Below, piece by piece: positions 18,596 through 27,624 of a stretch of 64,000 nt of DNA (the stretch's first letter is position 1; each line of letters opens with the position of its first letter). The translations under genes and the position numbers were made by a program. Location: the NCBI GenBank assembly GCA_963805945.1, contig CAWDVP010000008.1, forward strand, positions 7,319-71,318. Direction: 5' to 3'. This stretch comes from Vulcanimicrobiota bacterium (GTDB lineage Bacteria; Vulcanimicrobiota; Vulcanimicrobiia; Eremiobacterales; Eremiobacteraceae). The notes under the pieces are model-generated. The model did not search any database, was not told the origin of the DNA, and saw only the letters and a list, made by a program, of their open reading frames with translations.

Positions 18596-20053
18596 CTAGA
18601 TCTTCTGCAGCTCTCGCACTCGGCCGGTGAGCTCTTCATGGATGCCCGCGGGATAGCGGCCGGTGAAGCAGCCCATGCAGAACTCCTTGCGCTCGCGCGC
18701 GGTGGACGCGACGAGGCCCTCTTCGCTCAAGTACGCGAGCGAATCGGCGTTGATGGTCGTCCGGATCTCGGGCACCGAATGGTTGGCCGCGATGAGCTCT
18801 TCGTACGTTGCCGTGTCCACGCCCAGGAAGCACGGATGGCGCATCGGCGGACAGGTGACCCGGACGTGCACCTCCGTCGCGCCGGCCTTGCGCAGCATGG
18901 CGACGATCTGCTTCGTGGTGGTGCCGCGCACGATCGAATCGTCGACGAGCACGACCCGCTTGCCCGCGAGATTGGCGTGCAGCGGGTTGAACTTCAGCTT
19001 GACGCCCTGCACGCGCATGCGGTGATCCGGATTGATGAAGGTGCGCCCGATGTAGCGGTTCTTCATCAAGCCTTCGATGTACGGGATGCCGGATTCGTCC
19101 GCGTAGCCGATCGCCGCCGCGGTCGCTGAGTCGGGCACGCCCATGACGACGTCGGCTTCGACCGGGCTCTCCTTGGCGACGTTGCGACCCATCTGATAGC
19201 GCGCGAGATACAATTCGCGCCCCGCGACCTGCGAGTCGGGGCGGGAGAAATAGATGTATTCGAAGATGCAGTTCGCCGGCTTCTCGTCCGTCTTGATCAT
19301 GCGGCTGCGCATGCCGTCCTTGTCGATGGTGATGATCTCGCCCGGCAGGATCTCGCGGACGTACTCCGCGCCGATGGTCGCAAGCGCGCAGGATTCCGAG
19401 GCCAGCGCCCAACCCGAGCCGTACTTGCCCAGGCACAGCGGGCGGATGCCCCATGGATCGCGGAAGCCGAAGAGCTGTTTCTCGGTCGCGAGCACGATCG
19501 AGAACGCGCCGATGCACTGGCGCATCGCCGCCTCGATGCGCTCTTCCATCGAGCCCTCGGGGGCGTTGGCGATGAGCCGCGCCATGATGTCCGAGTCCGA
19601 GTTGCTCGTGGGCACGAGCGTGTCGTGGAGCTGGTCGCGCAGCTCGTCGGTGTTCACCAGATTGCCGTTGTGCGCAAGCGCGAACTGCCCGAGGGCGCTG
19701 TCCGACAGCAGCGGCTGCGCGTTGTAGATGACCGACGAGCCGCTGGTGGAGTAGCGCGTGTGCCCCACCGACAAGTAGCCCGGCAGTTCGGCGAGCGTCT
19801 CTTCGGTGAAGATCTGGGAGATGAGCCCCATGTCTTTATGACAGCGCATCGTGTAGCCGTCGGAGACCGCGATACCGGCGCTCTCCTGACCGCGATGCTG
19901 GAGCGAGTAGAGCGCGAAGAACGTGGACCGGGCGACGTCTTCGCCGGGTGCGAAGATGCCGCACACGCCGCACGCGTCGCGGATCGCGTCGTCGCCGCTC
20001 TTGGCCTGCCAGCCGTGGTAGGTCGGGGTGGGAGGCGCGTCGCTCATCGTCAC
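18596..20053 (-). CDS. purF: amidophosphoribosyltransferase
   Basis: N-terminal CGVCGIFA (Ntn Cys), PRTase motif VVLVDDSIVRGTT and C-terminal Fe-S Cys ligands. Intact 485 aa. Confidence 0.95.
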   Translation of the reverse strand: MTMSDAPPTPTYHGWQAKSGDDAIRDACGVCGIFAPGEDVARSTFFALYSLQHRGQESAGIAVSDGYTMRCHKDMGLISQIFTEETLAELPGYLSVGHTRYSTSGSSVIYNAQPLLSDSALGQFALAHNGNLVNTDELRDQLHDTLVPTSNSDSDIMARLIANAPEGSMEERIEAAMRQCIGAFSIVLATEKQLFGFRDPWGIRPLCLGKYGSGWALASESCALATIGAEYVREILPGEIITIDKDGMRSRMIKTDEKPANCIFEYIYFSRPDSQVAGRELYLARYQMGRNVAKESPVEADVVMGVPDSATAAAIGYADESGIPYIEGLMKNRYIGRTFINPDHRMRVQGVKLKFNPLHANLAGKRVVLVDDSIVRGTTTKQIVAMLRKAGATEVHVRVTCPPMRHPCFLGVDTATYEELIAANHSVPEIRTTINADSLAYLSEEGLVASTARERKEFCMGCFTGRYPAGIHEELTGRVRELQKI

Positions 20054-20085
20054 GGCTTCATTTTACCATAGCTGTGCCGTTGGTC

Positions 20086-21378
20086 CTATGCCCCGCGCTC
20101 GTCCCGGACCCGGTCTGCGATGTCGCCTCGATAGCGCAGCCGCGAGCCCTCCGGCACGCGTGCGACATAGGCGGCACAGGCGGCGTATGCGCGGCCCCGC
20201 GCCTCTCCTATCGTGTCGCCGACCGCGGTGATGGTCAAGACCCGGCCGCCGCTTGCTCGCACCGTCTGGCCGTCGAGCGCCGACCCGCCCCAAAAGGCCG
20301 CCACGTGGGGCTCCGCGGAGGGCAGCGGCAGCCGGTCCATCGGGTCCGAGTGTTCCGGATAGCGCTCGGAGGTCAGCACGACGCCGACGCAGGCCGACTT
20401 CGAGAATGTGGGCGCGGGCGCTTTGCCGTCCGCCAGTGCGATCGAATGGAGCAGCTCGAAGAGGTCGGATTCGAGCCGCGGCAGGACGACCTGGGTCTCC
20501 GGATCGCCGAAGCGGGCGTTGAACTCGAGCACGAATGGCCCGCGCTTGGTGATCATCAGGCCTGCGTACAGACAACCCCGGTAGTCGATGCCGTCGGCCG
20601 CCAGGCCGGCGCGCACCGGCTCGATGATGTGCTTGGCGACGCGATTCATGAGGTCGCCGCCGGCGACGTCCGGCGCGGGCGAGTACGCCCCCATGCCGCC
20701 GGTGTTGGCGCCCTCGTCGCCGTCGCGGGCGCGCTTGTAATCGCACGCCGGCGCGAGGACGTACGCGCGCGCGCCGTCGCACACCGCCATGACGGAGACC
20801 TCTTTGCCTTCGAGGCGCTCCTCGAGGACGAGCGTGGTGCCGCCGCCTGGCAGCGAGCGTTCGCCATACCAGCGCTCGATGGTCGGTTTGGCTTCTTCCG
20901 CTGAATCAAAGACGACGACGCCCTTGCCGGCGGCAAGGCCGTCGGCTTTGACGACGATGCCGCCTTGCCAGTTGCGCAGGAAGCGTTCGGCCTGTTTGCG
21001 GTCGTGCGCGACCTTGAACGCAGCGGTGGGGATGCCCCAGCGCAGCATGCACTGCTTGGCGAACGCCTTGCTCGACTCGAGCCGCGCGCCGCTGCGCCCC
21101 GGCCCGAACGTCGCGATCCCCGCTTGGCGCAGCGTGTCGGCGACGCCCGCCGCCAATGCCGCTTCCGGCCCGATCACCGCGAGGTCGACCGCTTCTTCTA
21201 CGGCACGGTTGGTGATGGCGTGCGTGTCCGTAGCGGAGATGTCGGACCAATTCGTGCCGAGCAGCGCCGTGCCCGCATTGCCCGGCGCGGCGACGATCGC
21301 TTCGACCTGCGGCGACTGCGCCAATTTCCATGCGAGCGCGTGTTCACGCGCTCCTGATCCGACGACGAGTACCTTCAC
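20086..21378 (-). CDS. purD: phosphoribosylamine--glycine ligase
   Basis: MKVLVVGSGAREHALAWKL and an ATP-grasp core. Intact 430 aa. Confidence 0.95.
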   Translation of the reverse strand: MKVLVVGSGAREHALAWKLAQSPQVEAIVAAPGNAGTALLGTNWSDISATDTHAITNRAVEEAVDLAVIGPEAALAAGVADTLRQAGIATFGPGRSGARLESSKAFAKQCMLRWGIPTAAFKVAHDRKQAERFLRNWQGGIVVKADGLAAGKGVVVFDSAEEAKPTIERWYGERSLPGGGTTLVLEERLEGKEVSVMAVCDGARAYVLAPACDYKRARDGDEGANTGGMGAYSPAPDVAGGDLMNRVAKHIIEPVRAGLAADGIDYRGCLYAGLMITKRGPFVLEFNARFGDPETQVVLPRLESDLFELLHSIALADGKAPAPTFSKSACVGVVLTSERYPEHSDPMDRLPLPSAEPHVAAFWGGSALDGQTVRASGGRVLTITAVGDTIGEARGRAYAACAAYVARVPEGSRLRYRGDIADRVRDERGA

Positions 21379-21416
21379 GACGAGGCGTTTATGGCTGCGG
21401 CGCGAACTGACCTCTC

Positions 21417-21992
21417 GTGAGCCTCGAGCTTTGGAGCACCATCGCTTCCGTTGGCACGTTCGTCGTGATCACCGCGACGGCGATCGCCGCCGTCATCCAA
21501 CTTATCCACATCCGGAGCGGCAACCAGATCGCGATCCTCAATGACTTTCGCATCGCGACGGAAGATCCAGAATTCCGCGCAGCGATGGAGTTCATCTACA
21601 CGCTGCCGTCCAAGGTCGGCGATCGCGAGTTCCGCGCCTTGCTCGAACGCGACACGTTGCCGGTGGAGTTCTACCCGATTCATCGAGTGGGGCGTCTCTA
21701 CGAGCTGTTCGGATTCTACGTCAATCGCGGCATACTTGATGCCGACATGGTCTGCGACCTGTGGGCACCCGTCATCCAAGGGGTGTGGGACAACATGGCG
21801 GACACCATCGTCGTGATGCGGCGTTCGCGCGGGCCCGAACTCTTGGAGAACTTCGAATACCTCGCCCTCTTGAGCGCGCGCTATCTCAAACGCAACCAGA
21901 GCGTCTACCCGAAGAACTTGCCCCGCATCGCGCACGCCGATAAATGGGCGGCGCAGGATGCGGCCACGCCGTCTACTCCCACTCGATCGTAG
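21417..21992 (+). CDS. hypothetical membrane-anchored protein (resembles DUF4760 family)
   Basis: 191-aa ORF with an N-terminal TM helix ([24 protein letters not shown]) followed by a helical domain. Its 3' end overlaps the guaA 3' end by 20 nt. Confidence 0.55.
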   Translation: MSLELWSTIASVGTFVVITATAIAAVIQLIHIRSGNQIAILNDFRIATEDPEFRAAMEFIYTLPSKVGDREFRALLERDTLPVEFYPIHRVGRLYELFGFYVNRGILDADMVCDLWAPVIQGVWDNMADTIVVMRRSRGPELLENFEYLALLSARYLKRNQSVYPKNLPRIAHADKWAAQDAATPSTPTRS

Positions 21993-23511
21993 CGGGCGGC
22001 TTGCTCGTGATGTCGTAGGCGATCCGATTGACGCCCGACACCTCGTTGACGATGCGCGTCGCGATGCGCTGCAGCGTCTCCGGCGACAGCCGCGCCCAGT
22101 CCGCCGTCATGCCGTCGTCGCTCGTCACCGCCCTGATGGCGACCATATTGGAATACGTCCGGCCGTCGCCCATGACGCCGACGCTTTGCAGCGGCGTCAG
22201 CACCGCGAAGTACTGCCATGGGATCTCTTCTTCTTTTTCGATCTCCTCGCGCGCGATCGCATCGGCGCGGCGCAGGACGTCGAGGCGTTCGCGCGTGACC
22301 GCGCCGAGGATGCGCACGGCGAGCCCGGGTCCCGGGAAGGGTTGACGATTCACGATATGTTCGGGCAGCCCGAGCTCCCGCCCGAGCGACCGCACTTCAT
22401 CTTTGAACAGCAGGCGCAGCGGCTCGATGAGCTTGAGGTGCATGCGCTCCGGCAGACCGCCGACGTTGTGATGCGTCTTGATCTTGTGCCCGGCCTTGCT
22501 GTCGGACGTCTTGCTCTCGATGACGTCGGGGTAGAGCGTGCCCTGCACGAGGAAATCGACGCCGGCGAGCTTGGCCGCCTGCCCTTCGAAGACCGCGATG
22601 AACTCGCGGCCGATGATCTTGCGCTTCTCCTCCGGGTCCGAAACGCCCGCCAGCGCGGTGAGGAACTGGTCGGTGGCGTCGATATGGATGAGATTGAGGT
22701 GCAGCTGATCGCGGAACGCCTCGACGACCTGTTTGGCCTCGTCCTGGCGCAACAGGCCGTGGTCGACGAAGATGCAGGTGAGCCGATTGCCGATGGCGCG
22801 CGCCACGAGCGTCGCGGCGACCGCGCTGTCGACGCCGCCGGAGAGGCCGCAGACCGCATTGGACTCGCCGACCTGCGCGCGGATCTGCTCGACGCTGCGC
22901 TCGATGAAGGACGACATCTCCCAGCGCTGCGACAGTCCGGCGACCGAGCGTAGGAAGTTACGGATGACGCGGCGCCCGGCATCGGTGTGCTTCACCTCCG
23001 GGTGGAACTGCACGCCGTACCAGTTCTTGCCCGGATCGCCGACCGCGGCTTGCGCGCAGGCGCCGGTGTGGGCGAGCGTCATGAAGCCCTCGGGCAGCGC
23101 GGTGACCGTGTCGCCATGGCTCATCCACGCCTGCGAGTGGGTCGGCACTTCTTCGAACAGCGGCGAGTGGACCGCGTCGACCACCAGCTCCGTCCTGCCG
23201 AACTCGCGGATCTCGCCGGGCACGACCGTGCCGCCGAGCGCGCGCATCATGTCCTGCATACCGTAGCAGATGCCGAGAATGGGCTTGTCAGATTTCAGCA
23301 GCTCTTCGGGCACGTGCGGCGCGCCGGGCGCGACCGCGCTCTCGGGCCCGCCCGTGAGGATGAACGCTGCCGGCTCGCGCGCCTCGATCTCCGACCAGGG
23401 CGCATCATAGGGCATCACCTCAGAATACACGCCCTCTTCGCGCACGCGCCGCGCGATGAGCTGCGCGTACTGCGCCCCAAAATCGAGGATGACGACCGTT
23501 TCCTGCCCCAT
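21973..23511 (-). CDS. guaA: GMP synthase (glutamine-hydrolysing)
   Basis: GATase (ILGICYGMQ) plus ATP-PPase ([10 protein letters not shown]) plus dimerisation domain ending TIEWE. Intact 512 aa. Confidence 0.96.
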   Translation of the reverse strand: MGQETVVILDFGAQYAQLIARRVREEGVYSEVMPYDAPWSEIEAREPAAFILTGGPESAVAPGAPHVPEELLKSDKPILGICYGMQDMMRALGGTVVPGEIREFGRTELVVDAVHSPLFEEVPTHSQAWMSHGDTVTALPEGFMTLAHTGACAQAAVGDPGKNWYGVQFHPEVKHTDAGRRVIRNFLRSVAGLSQRWEMSSFIERSVEQIRAQVGESNAVCGLSGGVDSAVAATLVARAIGNRLTCIFVDHGLLRQDEAKQVVEAFRDQLHLNLIHIDATDQFLTALAGVSDPEEKRKIIGREFIAVFEGQAAKLAGVDFLVQGTLYPDVIESKTSDSKAGHKIKTHHNVGGLPERMHLKLIEPLRLLFKDEVRSLGRELGLPEHIVNRQPFPGPGLAVRILGAVTRERLDVLRRADAIAREEIEKEEEIPWQYFAVLTPLQSVGVMGDGRTYSNMVAIRAVTSDDGMTADWARLSPETLQRIATRIVNEVSGVNRIAYDITSKPPATIEWE

Positions 23512-24643
23512 CAGGTGCAGACGCTTCCAAGCGTGCCGGCGTCGCGCGCCATGACGACTTCCTTCGCGATGCGTTCACCGACAGAGATCTCGCGACCCCA
23601 ACGGTAGGCGGAATATGGTGTGTACTTCGTGCCGGGCGAACCCGGGATGCGCAGGCTGACGTCGTACACCACGAACGACTTCGGCGGCCCCGCTGCGATG
23701 ACGCACTGCAGCGCGAACGGCCCGATGATGCCCGGCGGCCGCGCGGCGCGCGCCGCCGCGACGAAACGCTCGCCCATGTCGAAGGCCTGCTCGAGCATGG
23801 ATTCGGTGAGCGTCGCCGCGATGTGGCCCGCCTCTTCCATCGAGGGCATGAACGCGCCGCCGAGCGACGCCTGCTCGATCGCCAGCAGATTCCTGGCCCC
23901 GTCGACGTCGGTCTGACGCCGCGTGTCCGTGCCGAGCAGCTCGAGCTCGCCGGACAGCGGCGAATAGAAGAAATTCAGATTGATGCTCGGGCCGAGCACG
24001 TACTCCTCGAGCACCGCGCCCGCGAGGCCTTGCTCGCTGATCACACCCGCGGCGAGGAGCGTCTGGGAACGGCGTTTGTACTGCTCCGGCGAAGCGGCGA
24101 CGAAGAAGGCGCGCTCGAATGTCACCTTGGCGTGCGGCGCCTTGATCAGCGTCAGGCCCGCGATCTCGTCGGGCGAGCGGAGCCGCCGCGGAAAACGGAT
24201 GCCGGCCGCTTCAAGCAGCTTGTACTGGTTGTCGGGCTCGTCGCGCTCCTCCGCGCGCAGCAGGCGGCGCGAGCCGAAGAACGGCACGCGCATGCCGCGT
24301 TCGATCTCGTCGTAGCTGTGGCGCTGGCGTGCGTACACCTCGAATGATCGGTTCGGCACGAAGATCGCGTTGCGCTCGAGCAGCTCTTTCTGGACGTCGG
24401 CGCCAGGATGTCGGCGAAGTGCTCCACCAGCAGCGTCTCGTCGACGCAGCCGGTGCCATCGGGTCGCGCGGCGTAATGTTTGGTATAGGTGCGCTCGCGG
24501 CCGCGCATGCCGACGACGAGATTGCGCAGGCCCTCGCGCTTCGCGCCGAGGCAGACGTCGAGCGCGGAATGGCTGCCGATGCAGCAGAGGGTGAGCGAGG
24601 CGAGGTCGTAACCGGCGAGGACGTCCGCGACGCCCTCACTCAA
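23511..24643 (-). CDS. PurP-like ATP-grasp protein, divergent second paralogue (FAICAR synthetase family); one frame break ~24407
   Basis: N-terminal [21 protein letters not shown] (frame of ORF 24152-24961), then [47 protein letters not shown] (ORF 23511-24359). TTG 24643 overlaps the upstream stop (TTGA). Confidence 0.8.
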
Positions 24644-25761
24644 TTCGCCGGGACTCCCGGTCCTAGGATGCGCGCCGGCTTCGCGGCCAGCTTGCCGTTG
24701 CCGTCGTCGAAGGTGAGCAGGCTGCCCTGATCGAGCACGAGCGACAGGCTGTTGGTGAGCAGCGCGTTCTTGATCTCGCGCGCGATGCGGCGTCCGGTGG
24801 ACATCGGCTCGGTGTAGTTGAGGTACGAATACGGCGAACCGTCGATGAAGAGATTCGTGCCGGCCACGATGCGCGCGGAGATCTCCATGAGGTAGAACTC
24901 CGCCTCCGGGGTCACGATCGTCTCGAGGCAGAACGCGCCGAACAGCCCGCGGTCCGGGCACAGCTCGCGGCTCACGCGCACGACCGCCTCGCCCATGTGG
25001 AAGGCCTCGGCGAGCAGCGACTCGCGCAAGCTGATGGGCTGGTTGCCGATGACGACGTAGCTGGGCTGGATATCCCAGCCCTCCTGGCTCGCCGACGGGA
25101 TGCGTCCGAGCGAGTCGACGTTGCTCTCGTAGCGCCGGTCCATGGACATGATCTCGAGCTTGCCGGTGAGCGGCGAATAGAAATAGTGGATGTACACTGG
25201 CACGCCGATGATGTATTCCTGCATGATGTACTTCTGCTCGACGAGATGCGCGGCGCGCGCGTGGAAATCGTCCGCGTTCTTGACGAAGAGATAGCCCTTG
25301 CCGCCATGGGCGCCGTAGAGCTTCACGATGACCGGCCGGTCGATCTCGCTCGCCTTGGTGAACTGGCGCGGCATCTTCAGGCCTGCCGTGAGCAGCCAGT
25401 CGCGCTGGCGCATTCGATCGGCTTCGAGATCCAGCACGGCCTTGTTGCCGAAGTACGGCGTCGTCATCGCCTTGTGCTGTTCGAGCGAGAGATAGGCGAC
25501 GAACGAGCCGTGCGGCACGAGCACGACTTTGCGCTGGTTGAGCTGATCTTCGACCTTGGGGAAATCGCTGTAACGCGCGATGACCATGACTTCATCGACG
25601 AAGCTGAAGCTCGAGTACAGGCTCTCGTTCTGCGGCGTGGTGACGGCGAGGGTGTGGAAGCCTTCGTCCTTGGCGCCCTTGAGGATCTGCAGCGCGGAGT
25701 GGCTGCCGAGCGTGGCGATGGTGTACAGCGCGGGGAGCTGGGAGGACGATTTGCGTGCCAT
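24640..25761 (-). CDS. purP: 5-formaminoimidazole-4-carboxamide ribonucleotide (FAICAR) synthetase, archaeal PurP type
   Basis: Collinear with archaeal PurP: IATLGSHSALQILKGAKDEGF, VLVPHGSFVAY, HYFYSPLTGKLEIMSMDRRYESNVD, SYVVIGNQPISLRESLL, GRRIAREIK. ATG 25761 is preceded by AAGGAGAA. Confidence 0.88.
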   Translation of the reverse strand: MARKSSSQLPALYTIATLGSHSALQILKGAKDEGFHTLAVTTPQNESLYSSFSFVDEVMVIARYSDFPKVEDQLNQRKVVLVPHGSFVAYLSLEQHKAMTTPYFGNKAVLDLEADRMRQRDWLLTAGLKMPRQFTKASEIDRPVIVKLYGAHGGKGYLFVKNADDFHARAAHLVEQKYIMQEYIIGVPVYIHYFYSPLTGKLEIMSMDRRYESNVDSLGRIPSASQEGWDIQPSYVVIGNQPISLRESLLAEAFHMGEAVVRVSRELCPDRGLFGAFCLETIVTPEAEFYLMEISARIVAGTNLFIDGSPYSYLNYTEPMSTGRRIAREIKNALLTNSLSLVLDQGSLLTFDDGNGKLAAKPARILGPGVPAN

Positions 25762-25801
25762 TATTGCGTGTTCTCCTTCGCTCCGGCGGCCCGAATTCCC
25801 C

Positions 25802-26305
25802 TCACGCCTCCACTGCGACGCGCGCCGGCATCTCCCGGACCGCGAACGTCTGCGAGTGCGGGTTGGCGAGCAGTTCACGACACGCCCATTCGAGGCGCTC
25901 GCGCGGCGCCGGTCCGCCGCTCTCGTACAGCCGCCACGCGACGGCGCGCGACAGCGAGCGCAGCTGCGCCATGCCGAACGGCCCCTGCAGCAGCGAGAGC
26001 AGGCCCGTCGTGTCGTCGTCGCGATCCTCCACGACCGCTTCGAACCCGGTATCGTCATCCGATCGCCGCGCCGCTCCGGTCGTCGAGAGCGAAAGCCGGT
26101 GCTTGTTCGGGTTGAACAGCACTTCGGCGTGCGCGATGCCGCGGGCAAGCGCTTCTGGACTGTCCTCCTCGGCGTTCAAGCGCAGGATCTCCGAGCGCTC
26201 CACCCGCGCGAGCGCATCGTAGCCAAGCTGCCGCAGCGCGACGAGCACCGTGTACGCGGTGTTGTCCGGCATGCGCAGGTCGATCGCGACTTCGACGTCG
26301 CTCAT
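25802..26305 (-). CDS. purS: tandem-duplicated PurS-like protein (two PurS modules in one 167-aa chain)
   Basis: Module 1 is VEVAIDLRMPDNTAYTVLVALRQLGYDALARVERSEILRL..EVLFNPNKH. Module 2 is FEAVVEDRDDDTT..AVAWRLY..CRELLANPHSQ. ATG 26305 overlaps the upstream stop (ATGA). Confidence 0.7.
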   Translation of the reverse strand: MSDVEVAIDLRMPDNTAYTVLVALRQLGYDALARVERSEILRLNAEEDSPEALARGIAHAEVLFNPNKHRLSLSTTGAARRSDDDTGFEAVVEDRDDDTTGLLSLLQGPFGMAQLRSLSRAVAWRLYESGGPAPRERLEWACRELLANPHSQTFAVREMPARVAVEA

Positions 26306-26875
26306 GCCGGTGTCGGCCTCGGCGGCGGGCCGGCGCGGCGCACCAGGGTCACGATGAGCACCACCATGCCGGCGCCGAGGCAGGCGAACGAGACGGCGAG
26401 CCATTTCAGCAACGCGGCCGCGAGGTCCGGCGCGACCGGCGGCGCGATCGCCAGCGCGATGCGCGCTCCCTTGCCGCCGGGATAGCCGCACGTCATGACG
26501 TACGTGCCGACCTGCGGCGCGAGGAACTGCTCGATCGCCTTGCCGGACCTTCCGCCGAAATCGTATTCCGCGTCGAGCGCCGGGGGTTCGAGCGCGAGCG
26601 CGCTGCCGCTCTGCTTCGACGTCACCGCGCACTTGATGTCGGTGGTCGCCGCGGTCGCGAAGGGCTCGCCGTCGACGGTGCTCTTGCGCTCGTAGTACAC
26701 CACGTACTGCCCCGGCGTGCGGACGTGAAGATCCGATCGTGCCGGGCGCGATAAAGCGCACGAAGTCCGATTGCAAGGCCGACGCGTCGCGCAGCGCGCC
26801 GTTGACGCTCGCGACCAGACCGCCGATGATGATGAGCGCGCCGAGCGCGTACCAGAGGCCGCTCGGCTTACGCAT
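26302..26875 (-). CDS. hypothetical two-TM membrane protein embedded in the pur operon; one frame break ~26735
   Basis: MRKPSGLWYALGALIIIGGLVASV..FIAPG (frame of ORF 25802-27556) continues as DLHVRTPGQYVVYYERKS..TYVMTCGYPGG..LLKWLAVSFACLGAGMVVLIVTLV (ORF 26302-27624). ATG 26875 overlaps the purQ end by 8 nt. Confidence 0.6.
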
Positions 26876-27624
26876 GCGGGCGCTCCGCCCGCTCGCGCAA
26901 GAAACGCGCCATGCAGCTGAAGATCGCGTGCCCGGCGACCATCTGGTTCGGGTCGCCCCCGCGCAGCTCGGGCCGCCGGAACAAGACGTTGAGCGCCCAT
27001 GCGGCCCGCTCCGGATGCGGCATGAGCGCCAAGACGTTGCCCCGCTCGTTGCAGATGCCTGCGGCGCGGCGCATCGCCCCGTTGGGCGCGGCACCCGCGT
27101 AGCGAAGGACGATGCGCCCGTGCTCTTCGAGATCGTCGAAGGTCGGTCGCCTCGCCGGTGAAGCGGCCTTCGCCGTGCGCCAGCGCCATGGTCATCGCCG
27201 TGCCGGGCGCGAGACCCGCGGTGAACGCGCAACGCTCCGGCTCCCGATCGGTCACGACCTCGACGAGCTGCGCTTGGAAGTGGTGCGAGGGCAGGTTGTG
27301 CGCGATCGCCACGCGTCCGAGCATGCCGCTCTCCGCGACGATCTGCGCGCCGTTGCACAGCCCGAGCACGAGCTTGCCGCGCTCCGCTTCTTCCTTTATC
27401 ACCGCGACGATCTCGCTCTTGGCCGCGATGGCGCCGGCGCGCACGCGATCCTCGTGCGCGAACCCGCCGGCGATCACGTAGCCGTCGAAGTCGCGCAAGG
27501 CGTTTGGATTCTCCGCCCACCAGAACAGGCGCGCGTCGATGCCGGCGTCGCGGCACGCATCGACCGTCTCGGTCTCGGAGTTCGTGCCGGGGAAGACGAT
27601 GACGGCGACGCCTGGCTCAGGCAT
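26868..27624 (-). CDS. purQ: phosphoribosylformylglycinamidine synthase I (glutaminase subunit); one frame break ~27150
   Basis: VAVIVFPGTNSE, LGLCNGAQ and HGEGRF, then in a second frame NGAMRRAAGICNERGNVLALMPHPER (ORF 26868-27074). Confidence 0.9.

Noticed and set aside
25802-27556. 584-aa ORF as a single protein
   Set aside because: Only the C-terminal 167 aa (double PurS) and a short piece of the membrane ORF are meaningful. The rest is out-of-frame purQ sequence.
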